From: Vicinamibacterales bacterium
GTDB lineage: Bacteria; Acidobacteriota; Vicinamibacteria; Vicinamibacterales; CAVVIG01
DNA: 64,000 nucleotides
Reading direction: 5' to 3'
Assembly (NCBI GenBank): GCA_049679965.1
Contig: JBAUGX010000220.1
Span: 33,583 to 97,582 of the forward strand
This document shows, in pieces, positions 27,201 to 34,525 of the stretch (the stretch's first letter is position 1; each line of letters begins with the position of its first letter). The position numbers and the translations under genes are program-made. The notes under the pieces are model-generated. The model ran no database searches. It had not been told where the DNA came from and was given only the letters and a program-made list of their open reading frames with translations.

Positions 27201-28103
27201 ATGAAGTACCTGACCTTCTCGCTCCCCGACGACCGCACGCCGCGCACGGGCGTTGTCCTCAACAACGGCATCGCGGACGTGAACACACTCGTCGCCGGGA
27301 AGTGGCCAGGGGCTCCTCCGGCAAGCCTTCTCGACCTGATCCGTTCGGGACCGGACGCCTGGCAACGTATGGAGCGTCTGGCGAGTTCGGCGCGCGAAGG
27401 CCCGTACCGGGCCGAGGACATTCGCTGGCACGCGCCCATCCCACGGCCGCGAAAGAACATCTTCTGTCTCGGCCTGAACTACCGGAGCCATGCGATCGAA
27501 TCGGCGACCTCGCGCGGGCGAGAGGTCAAGATTCCCGACGCGCCGGTCATCTTCACCAAGGCGCCCACGACGGTGAATGGCCCGTACGATTCGATTCCCT
27601 GGGATCCGTCGGTCACCCAGCAGTTGGATTATGAGGCAGAACTTGGCGTCATCCTCGGTGCGGACGGGAAGAACATCCCCCGCGCCCAATCGCTCCGTCA
27701 TGTCTTCGGCTACACCGTCCTCAACGACACAACGGGGCGGGACCTGCAGGCCAGGCACGTTCAGTGGTTCAAGGGTAAGAGCCTGGACGGCTGCTGCCCG
27801 ATGGGGCCCGTCGTCGTGACCGCCGACGAGTTCGGCGATCCTCAGACCAAGCGCATCACGCTGCGCATCAACGGGGAGACCCGGCAGGATGCGAATACGG
27901 CCGAGATGCTCTTCCCCATCGACGCAATCATCGAATGGCTGTCCAAGGGCATGACGCTCGAGGCTGGGGACATCATCGCGACCGGGACGCCAGAAGGCGT
28001 CGGCCTGGGACGAACGCCGCCTGAATACCTCAAAGACGGCGATCTCATCGAAACCGAGATCGAGGGAATCGGGACTCTACGGAACCGAGTCGTCGGCGCT
28101 TAG
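27201..28103 (+). CDS. Fumarylacetoacetate hydrolase (FAH) family protein
   Basis: ATG 27201. The motifs GLNYRSHA, DYEAELGVILG and GKSLDGCCPMGP are typical of FAH-family hydratases/decarboxylases. Confidence 0.85.
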   Translation: MKYLTFSLPDDRTPRTGVVLNNGIADVNTLVAGKWPGAPPASLLDLIRSGPDAWQRMERLASSAREGPYRAEDIRWHAPIPRPRKNIFCLGLNYRSHAIESATSRGREVKIPDAPVIFTKAPTTVNGPYDSIPWDPSVTQQLDYEAELGVILGADGKNIPRAQSLRHVFGYTVLNDTTGRDLQARHVQWFKGKSLDGCCPMGPVVVTADEFGDPQTKRITLRINGETRQDANTAEMLFPIDAIIEWLSKGMTLEAGDIIATGTPEGVGLGRTPPEYLKDGDLIETEIEGIGTLRNRVVGA

Positions 28104-28309
28104 GACTCCGTCCAGCCTTCCTCGCGCAACTCTTCAACTTGTCGGGTGAAACGCATGACCTCCCGTTCCACGCGATGCCAGTCCGTATGCCGGTGGCGTA
28201 GCGTCCCCTTTTCCTCGTCCTGTTCGGACACTTCCCATCCACCAGGTACAAAGGAGATGTTGAAGGCTCGGACGTGACCAGCGCGAACAAGCGTCTTTTC
28301 GAAGACCAT
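28100..28309 (-). CDS. Small hypothetical protein (69 aa), charged, no family recognised
   Basis: A strong SD (GGGAGGG) lies 7 nt upstream of ATG 28309. A Pho-box-like site lies 65 nt upstream. The stop overlaps the FAH stop (TTAG). Confidence 0.45.
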   Translation of the reverse strand: MVFEKTLVRAGHVRAFNISFVPGGWEVSEQDEEKGTLRHRHTDWHRVEREVMRFTRQVEELREEGWTES

Positions 28310-28373
28310 ATAATTCCCTCCCGCCCGCTTAGAAAAACAGCCTCTGTACCCTAATCCATGCCTCGAGGAAGCT

Positions 28374-28392
28374 GTGTAAAACGTGTGTTAAC
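28374..28392 (+). promoter_or_regulatory. Pho-box-like site in the gap between the pstA2 3' end and the 69-aa ORF
   Basis: GTGTAAAACGTGTGTTAAC, with half-sites GTGTAA (28374) and GTGTTA (28385), exactly 11 bp apart. Confidence 0.45.
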
Positions 28393-28463
28393 TCTGACAG
28401 CGCGTGCAGGTCGGTGTCAAAGTGGGAAGAAACACAGGGAAATTTGCGAAAAACACACGTTTT
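28378..28463. other. Perfect 12-bp inverted repeat AAAACGTGTGTT / AACACACGTTTT separated by 62 nt
   Basis: 28378-28389 is the exact reverse complement of 28452-28463. A further ACACA core lies at 28431-28437. The whole 208-bp gap is AT-richer than its surroundings. Confidence 0.6.
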
Positions 28464-28517
28464 GGTGACCTGCCCCATTCAAGCGCCGGTTCCGGCAGTG
28501 GTTGTCTACCCGGTGGT

Positions 28518-29381
28518 CTAAGAGGTCAGCCCCTCGAGCTTGCGGGTGGCAAAGCGGGCGAGTAGCGAACAGATCAGCACGATCGCCACGAGGACGAGCG
28601 CGCCGGCCCACGCCTGTCGATGCCAATCCTCGTAGGGCGAGATGGCATAGGTGTAGATCTGCACGGTGAGGGACCCAATCGGCTGTGTCAGGCTGGTGGT
28701 GAAGAATCGATTATTGAACGACGTGAAGAGGAGCGGCGCTGTCTCTCCGGCGATGCGGGCCAGGGCCAGCACGACACCGGTAATGATTCCAGGGAGGGCC
28801 GCCGGCACCACGACGGTGAACACCGCGCGGGCGCGCGTCGCGCCGAGCGCCAACGCCCCCTCGCGCATCGTGTTCGGTACCAGAAGCAGGAGCTCTTCGG
28901 TCGTACGGGCGATGATCGGAATCATCATGATGCCGAGCGCCAGGCCGCCGGCCAAGGCGCTGAACTGCTTGAACGGCAGCACCGCAACGCCGTAGGCGAA
29001 CACACCGATGACGATCGACGGGACGCCATTGAGCGTATCGGCTGCGAAGCGCACCACGCTGGCCAGGGTGCTACCCGCGTACTCGGACATATACACACCG
29101 CTCATGATCCCGATCGGGATCGCGAACAGCGAACCGAGTCCGGTCAGCATGAGGGTGCCGACGATGGCGTTGGCCATGCCTCCGCCGGGCTCTCCAACGG
29201 GCGTCGGCATGCGTGTGAAAAAATCGAGGTTGACAGATTGAATGCCCTGGCCGATGACGAAGAACAGGACGAAGCCGAGCGGCACCAGGGCCGCCAGGAC
29301 GCACAACACGCAGAAGCCGACGAACATCGACGACAGGATCTTGCGTCGGATGGTTCGTCTGGCCACGTCAGCCCTCGTCAT
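28518..29381 (-). CDS. pstA: Phosphate ABC transporter permease PstA (system 2)
   Basis: ATG 29381 overlaps the pstC2 stop (ATGA). Canonical PstA sequence. Confidence 0.85.
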   Translation of the reverse strand: MTRADVARRTIRRKILSSMFVGFCVLCVLAALVPLGFVLFFVIGQGIQSVNLDFFTRMPTPVGEPGGGMANAIVGTLMLTGLGSLFAIPIGIMSGVYMSEYAGSTLASVVRFAADTLNGVPSIVIGVFAYGVAVLPFKQFSALAGGLALGIMMIPIIARTTEELLLLVPNTMREGALALGATRARAVFTVVVPAALPGIITGVVLALARIAGETAPLLFTSFNNRFFTTSLTQPIGSLTVQIYTYAISPYEDWHRQAWAGALVLVAIVLICSLLARFATRKLEGLTS

Positions 29382-30334
29382 GCCGCCGACTCCTCCGCGG
29401 GAACGACCGCGACCGGCGCGAGGCGTTTGGCTGGACGCGCCATGCTCCAAATCAGGACCCGCGACAGCCCATTGACGACGAGCGTGATGATGAACAGGAC
29501 GAGGCCGATCTCGACGAGCGCGTTGAGATACAGGTCGTCGGAGGCCTCGGTGAACTCGTTCGCCAGGACGGCCGCCATCGTGTGCTGCGGCGCAAACAGC
29601 GACGCGGACACCTGGGGGTTGTTCCCAATCACCATCGTCACGGCCATGGTTTCGCCAAGCGCGCGGCCGAAGCCCAGCATGACGGCGCCGATAATACCGG
29701 TGCGCGCGAAAAAGACCGCCGCGCGAATCGCTTCGAAGCGCGTGGCGCCCAGCGCATACGCACCCTCACGTTGCGCGACCGGCACCGACTTAAGCACCTC
29801 CCGCGCGACTGACGAGGTGAACGGCACGACCATGACCGCCAGGATCACGGCGGCCGTCAGCATGCCCACGCCGATCGGAGGGCCGGTGAAGAGCGGGACC
29901 TGCTTCAGCCAGTCCGGTGTCGCCACTTCGAGTGCCCGCACGGCCGGCACCAGGACAAAAATACCCCAGAGACCGTAGACAATCGAAGGAATCGCCGCGA
30001 GAAGTTCCGTCAGGAAGACCAGCGGCTGGCGCAGGCGGGCGGGCGCAAGCTCGGAGATGAAAATCGCAATACCGATGGCGACCGGGGTCGCCAGCAGGAG
30101 CGCGAGGACCGATGAGTACAACGTGCCCCAGATGAACGGGAGCGCGCCGAACTCGCCGGCGACCGGGTCCCAGATCTCAGTCCCCCAGAAGCCCAGGCCG
30201 AACTTCTGGATCGACAACATCGACTGGCGCACCAACTCGTAGCCGATCGCGAAAACGATCAGGACGAGCGCGAGGGCAAACGCGCCCGTCCCGATCCGGA
30301 ACCCGAGGTCTTTACCTTTACCGAACATGCCCAC
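29378..30334 (-). CDS. pstC: Phosphate ABC transporter permease PstC (system 2)
   Basis: Canonical PstC sequence lying between pstS2 and pstA2. Confidence 0.85.
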   Translation of the reverse strand: MGMFGKGKDLGFRIGTGAFALALVLIVFAIGYELVRQSMLSIQKFGLGFWGTEIWDPVAGEFGALPFIWGTLYSSVLALLLATPVAIGIAIFISELAPARLRQPLVFLTELLAAIPSIVYGLWGIFVLVPAVRALEVATPDWLKQVPLFTGPPIGVGMLTAAVILAVMVVPFTSSVAREVLKSVPVAQREGAYALGATRFEAIRAAVFFARTGIIGAVMLGFGRALGETMAVTMVIGNNPQVSASLFAPQHTMAAVLANEFTEASDDLYLNALVEIGLVLFIITLVVNGLSRVLIWSMARPAKRLAPVAVVPAEESAA

Positions 30335-30364
30335 TGATTTTATCCTGACGCGGGGACAAGGCCG

Positions 30365-31393
30365 TTATCCGATCTTGATCTTCGCCAGCGTGGCCATCTC
30401 GAGCTCCACGATGCTCGCCGGCAACGGTGCATAGCCCAGTTCCGTGGCGAACTTCTGACCGTCGGTCAGGGCCCACTTCATGAACTCCACCATCGTCCTG
30501 GACTGGACCTTGTCCTTCGGATTCTCATAGAGCAGGATCCACGTGAACGATGCAATCGGATACACACCGGGGCCCGGCGCGTTCACAATCGAGACGCGGA
30601 AGTCGGCCGGCATGGCTGCAGTCGCCGCCGCCGCCGCCGCCGTCACGGATGCCACCGAAGACTTCACAAACTCGCCGGCCATGTTCTGGACGCTGCCGTA
30701 GTTGATCTTGCTCTGCAGCGCGTAGATGAGCTCGACGTATCCGATCGAGCCCGGGGTCTGCGTCACCAGACCGGCCACGCCTTCGTTGCCCTTGCCGCCG
30801 ACGCCCGCCGGCCAGTTGACGGCCGTGGCGACGCCAACCCTCGTCTTCCACTCGGGCGATATCTTCGCCAGGTAGTCCACCCAGATGTAGCTCGTGCCCG
30901 AGGCATCGGACCGGTGAACAACGGTGACGGCGCTACCCGGAAAGTTGACGCCTGGATTCAGCTTCGCGATCGCCGGGTCGTTCCATGTGGTGATCTTGCC
31001 GAGGAAGATGTCGGCCAACACCTGTCCCGTGAACTTGAGCTCAACGTTGACACCCGGGATGTTGTAGATGGGGACCACGCCGCCAAGCACTGTCGGAAGA
31101 TGGTGCACTTTGCCGGCGGCAGCGACCAACTGGTCGCTGGTCATCGGGCCGTCGGTCGCCCCGAAGAACACCGTCTGGGCCGTGAGCTGGCGAATGCCGC
31201 CGCCCGATCCAATCGACTGGTAGTTAATCTGCACGTTCGGGTGCAACTTGTTGTACTCGGAGAACCACTTCGAGTAGATGGGATACGGGAACGTCGCGCC
31301 CGCTCCGTTGATCTGAATCGTCTGCGCGGCGACCGCGCCTGCCATGACCACGACCGCCGCGATCGTCGCGAGAACTTTGTGAATCGGCTTCAT
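30365..31393 (-). CDS. pstS: Periplasmic phosphate-binding protein PstS (system 2, E. coli-like type)
   Basis: ATG 31393. A signal peptide is followed by INGAGATFPYPIYSKWFSEY...SIGSGGG. Confidence 0.9.
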   Translation of the reverse strand: MKPIHKVLATIAAVVVMAGAVAAQTIQINGAGATFPYPIYSKWFSEYNKLHPNVQINYQSIGSGGGIRQLTAQTVFFGATDGPMTSDQLVAAAGKVHHLPTVLGGVVPIYNIPGVNVELKFTGQVLADIFLGKITTWNDPAIAKLNPGVNFPGSAVTVVHRSDASGTSYIWVDYLAKISPEWKTRVGVATAVNWPAGVGGKGNEGVAGLVTQTPGSIGYVELIYALQSKINYGSVQNMAGEFVKSSVASVTAAAAAATAAMPADFRVSIVNAPGPGVYPIASFTWILLYENPKDKVQSRTMVEFMKWALTDGQKFATELGYAPLPASIVELEMATLAKIKIG

Positions 31394-31416
31394 TGGAACA
31401 ACCTCCACTTAAGTTA

Positions 31417-31440
31417 GGGCGGACCCGACAGGGTCCGCCC
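31417..31440 (-). terminator. Perfect 10-bp GC hairpin between the porin gene and pstS2 (attenuator, processing or stability element)
   Basis: GGGCGGACCC gaca GGGTCCGCCC. On the minus strand it is followed by TAACTTAAG, a weak U-tract, so full termination is doubtful. Confidence 0.35.
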
Positions 31441-31447
31441 TGCATCC

Positions 31448-32719
31448 TCAGAAATTGAGCAACGCACGAATCGTGAACGTCTTGAACGTGGGTGTCGGAA
31501 GAAACGGACCGTTGGCGGTCAAACCCGGGTTGGTCTGCGTCGGGGCCGCCGTGCCGATCCCGCTGACGCCAACAAGCCCGCCGGTGGCATTGGGCACGCC
31601 CGGGCCCGTCGTGAGTCCGTCGAAGTCAAACATGATGGCCGTGGTCGCGCCGCCGGCCGGATGCGGGAACCAATACGCGATGCCGAGGACCACACGGTTC
31701 CGCTCCTGCTGCTCGAAGGTCACCGTGTTGGTGCCCGTCGTGACGGGAATCGCCGTGCTCCGGGTGTCGGGGACGAGGTGGTCGTATCGGACGAGTCCCT
31801 CCCACCCGAGGTTCCCGGCGCCTTGCTTCGGCACGGCCCAGATCGAGTAACCCTTGCCCTCCCGGTTGAAGGGGGTCCCGAGCGCCGTGCCCTGATCGTT
31901 GGCGATCATGTACTGGAACGCCGCGTTCACATACTGATGCTCGAACGTCACCGCGCCAATGAGTCGCTTCCGCTCGGAGTCCGTCTGGTAGCTGTCCTTG
32001 TCGTAGAAGACCGACGCACGCAAGCCGCGATAGAGCGGAGCCATCCTGGCAAACGGCCGGACCGTCACGCGAGTCCTCCACGCCTTCTGCTGGTTGGTCT
32101 CGGCCGCCTGGTAGTTCTCGCCGTTGTAGATGCCCGTGTGGACGTCGCCCCAGTTCGCCGGAAAGGTGTAGTGGAACGACGCGCCCCGGTCCGACGAGGA
32201 CAGATAGCCGCCGCTTCGCTCGCCGAACACGGTGCCCTGGAACCGATAGCGGTAGATGCCTTCCTCGAAGTCGATCCACGGCGTCTGCTGCTGCCCGAAT
32301 CGGACCCAGTTGGTTCGGCTGTTCTTGATCCAGTCGTCGAGGCTGAACTGCGCGTACGCGTACTTGATCCGCAACGGGTAACTGGTGCCGGCGACCAGGC
32401 CGGTGAGGTCCGGGCTGATCCGGTAGGAAATCAGGTGAGAGATGTTGCCGGTGACATTCAAGTACGTGCGGCCCACATTGAAGGCGCTTGGCGTGAAGTC
32501 CTGGCTGCAACCCGGGGTCGCCGCGCAATCAGCGGACGTGCCCTTCGGGCCGAGCATGTAGGTGTTGTCCAGGAACATCGTCATCCCGACCCGAAGGGAC
32601 TGCGTGTCGTCAGGCGGCACGAATCCGGCGGCCGGTGTGACCTGAGCGGATACCGTGGCCGCAAGGAACACCATCGGGGCAATCAAGGCAAAAGTGCGTC
32701 GCAAAGAAACCTCCTTCAC
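31448..32719 (-). CDS. Outer-membrane beta-barrel, putative phosphate-selective porin (OprO/OprP-like)
   Basis: Signal peptide ending SAQ, a Gly/Tyr/Asn-rich alternating sequence and a C-terminal F. It is the first gene of the pstS2C2A2 operon. The likely true start is TTG 32704, after AAGGAGG. Confidence 0.5.
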   Translation of the reverse strand: MKEVSLRRTFALIAPMVFLAATVSAQVTPAAGFVPPDDTQSLRVGMTMFLDNTYMLGPKGTSADCAATPGCSQDFTPSAFNVGRTYLNVTGNISHLISYRISPDLTGLVAGTSYPLRIKYAYAQFSLDDWIKNSRTNWVRFGQQQTPWIDFEEGIYRYRFQGTVFGERSGGYLSSSDRGASFHYTFPANWGDVHTGIYNGENYQAAETNQQKAWRTRVTVRPFARMAPLYRGLRASVFYDKDSYQTDSERKRLIGAVTFEHQYVNAAFQYMIANDQGTALGTPFNREGKGYSIWAVPKQGAGNLGWEGLVRYDHLVPDTRSTAIPVTTGTNTVTFEQQERNRVVLGIAYWFPHPAGGATTAIMFDFDGLTTGPGVPNATGGLVGVSGIGTAAPTQTNPGLTANGPFLPTPTFKTFTIRALLNF

Positions 32720-32791
32720 TCACTCGATATCAATTCTGTGAACGTTGACTCGGCAACAGTAGCGGCGCGACATATCCGAGGTACTTCGCGT

Positions 32792-32839
32792 GTGTTACGT
32801 CGCTGTTAATTTCCCGTCGGCCGTAACGCCGCTGTAAAC
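32792..32839 (+). promoter_or_regulatory. Two Pho-box-like pairs upstream of the porin-pstS2 operon
   Basis: GTGTTACGTCGCTGTTAAT has half-sites at 32792 and 32803, 11 bp apart. CCGTAACGCCGCTGTAAAC has half-sites at 32821 and 32832, also 11 bp apart. The sites lie 72-120 nt upstream of the porin start, in inverted orientation relative to the gene. Confidence 0.4.
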
Positions 32840-32862
32840 GGCCGGGGCCGACGAGTCGGGCC

Positions 32863-33609
32863 TCAGGCTGCCCAGGATCCGTTGCGGTACAGCGTCAGGG
32901 CGATGTCGACGTTCGCCCGCAGCGTGCGCGCAATGGCGTCCCAGTTCTTCTCGCATCTGAGCAGGGTCTTCCACGAGTACAGATGCTTCGGCTTGTGGAA
33001 GTCGCTGTTGGCCACGTACGGGTAGTGCTTCAGGCTGGTCACCGAGAACAAGTCGTCCCGGTTGGCCGCCTCCCACACGTCGACAAGGTCCACGAGCCGC
33101 TTGCGATGATCCCAGAGGTAGCAGGTGCTGATTTCGAACCGCCGGGTCGTGCGGTGGTGCGGGTGGCAAGCGATGCTAAACGCGCCCTGCCGGCGTATCT
33201 CGCGCAGGATGTCTTCCGCCGGCTGGTCGGCGCTGATGTACTCCTTGAGATTGAGCGCCACGATGTGCGAGTTCTTCCTGCTGCGGAGGTGATTCTGGGT
33301 CACCTCGGCGCCGGGAATCACGAGCAGGTCGTACAGCTCCCTGGCCCGCCTGGCTTCAGCCGCGATGTCGGCCAGATAGGCGTCGAACCGCTTCTCGGTG
33401 ACCGAACACTCACGCCGGCCGAGCGTCGCCAGTCGCGCGGCTCGGCCGAGCAGGTCGCGCTTCATCAAAATATGGTCGGTGATCGCGATGACGTCGAAGC
33501 GCCCCGTCCGGCCGTACAGGTCCACGACCTCTCGCACCGACAGACGCCCGTCGCTCCACTGCGTGTGCACATGAAAGTCGCAGAGGAGGAAGGGTTCGTA
33601 GCCAGGCAT
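32863..33609 (-). CDS. PHP-domain metal-dependent phosphoesterase
   Basis: The N-terminus CDFHVHTQWSDG and the later ITDHI and CHPH motifs are typical of the PHP fold. The start lies 1 nt after the GT2 stop. Confidence 0.75.
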   Translation of the reverse strand: MPGYEPFLLCDFHVHTQWSDGRLSVREVVDLYGRTGRFDVIAITDHILMKRDLLGRAARLATLGRRECSVTEKRFDAYLADIAAEARRARELYDLLVIPGAEVTQNHLRSRKNSHIVALNLKEYISADQPAEDILREIRRQGAFSIACHPHHRTTRRFEISTCYLWDHRKRLVDLVDVWEAANRDDLFSVTSLKHYPYVANSDFHKPKHLYSWKTLLRCEKNWDAIARTLRANVDIALTLYRNGSWAA

Positions 33610-33610
33610 G

Positions 33611-34366
33611 TCAGGCCCTCACATCCAGATGTTCGCGATCAGAGGGACGATGGCGCAGGATCTCGGACCAAAAGTTTCGCACGTAGAGCCCGAAGACCTG
33701 GCGCTTCCCCATCGCTCGGTACCGCCGCGCCGACGTCCAGACCCAGCAGTCGAGGCAGACGGCGATGTTGCCGACCGGCGTCAGACGCCGGCCAAGGTTG
33801 GTGTCCTCGCCGTGGAAATCGATGCGGCGATCGAAACCGCCGATGCGGGCCAGCGGCTCGCGCCGCACCGCGAAGTTACCGCCGTAGAGAATCGCACCGA
33901 TCCCCAATAGGTGGTGCACGACCGCGTGGGTCGGCGGCGCCACCAGCATGTCGTACGCGCGAATCGCCGTGCGGCCACTCCAGTCCCAGTCGTAGAACCG
34001 GTACGGGCCCGTCACGGCGACGAGCGAGGCGCGATCGCGCAACCGCGCCTCCACCCGCTCGAGCCATCGGAGAGGCGCCCGGCAATCGGCGTCGACATAC
34101 ACCAGGACGTCGCCTTGCGCGATCCGCCGCGCGGTTTCCCGGGCCACGACCAGCCCCTTCTCCGGCTCGTCCACCACCCGGACGCCAGGCACCGCGCGCG
34201 CAAGAGCGCCCGTCTCGTCGGTGCTCGCGTTGTTGACGACGATGATCTCGTCAGGGGGCCGGGTCTGGGCGAGGAGAGAAAAGAGACAAGCAGGCAGCAG
34301 GCGGGCTTCGTTGTAGGCACACACGATGGCGGTTATGGTCACGCCCCGCTGTGCTCCCCTCCGCAA
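33611..34366 (-). CDS. Family-2 glycosyltransferase
   Basis: TAIVCAYNEARLL...VVNNASTDET...YVDADC are the GT2 DxD-type motifs. The start is TTG 34366 or GTG 34342. Confidence 0.8.
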   Translation of the reverse strand: MRRGAQRGVTITAIVCAYNEARLLPACLFSLLAQTRPPDEIIVVNNASTDETGALARAVPGVRVVDEPEKGLVVARETARRIAQGDVLVYVDADCRAPLRWLERVEARLRDRASLVAVTGPYRFYDWDWSGRTAIRAYDMLVAPPTHAVVHHLLGIGAILYGGNFAVRREPLARIGGFDRRIDFHGEDTNLGRRLTPVGNIAVCLDCWVWTSARRYRAMGKRQVFGLYVRNFWSEILRHRPSDREHLDVRA

Positions 34367-34431
34367 CCCCCTGCCATTCCTCGTAGGGTAACCGCCCGAT
34401 GTAACCGCTCCGCGCCGATGGCCTCATATCG

Positions 34432-34461
34432 GTGTGACGAATGTGTAAAATCCGTGTTAAA
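34432..34461 (+). promoter_or_regulatory. Triple Pho-box-like site centred in the GT2 / ppk1 divergent region
   Basis: GTGTGACGAATGTGTAAAATCCGTGTTAAA carries half-sites GTGTGA (34432), GTGTAA (34443) and GTGTTA (34454), exactly 11 bp apart. It lies 65 nt from the ppk1 ATG and 66 nt from the GT2 TTG. Confidence 0.5.
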
Positions 34462-34525
34462 TGAAGAGCCGGAAAGCCCTGCGGTCCGCGAGACGCGAAC
34501 TCCTCGCGGTACAATTCCGCGGGCC

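Noticed and set aside
33911-34525. The N-terminal extension of the ppk1 ORF (track start 33911). The same problem affects pstB (17565-18965), the second pstB-like gene (18353-19879), pstS (20943-22160), pstC (20015-21124), glgC (21706) and the lipoprotein gene (10163)
   Set aside because: The extensions run antisense to, or out of frame over, neighbouring well-supported genes. Internal starts restore canonical N-termini, signal peptides or stop/start overlaps.
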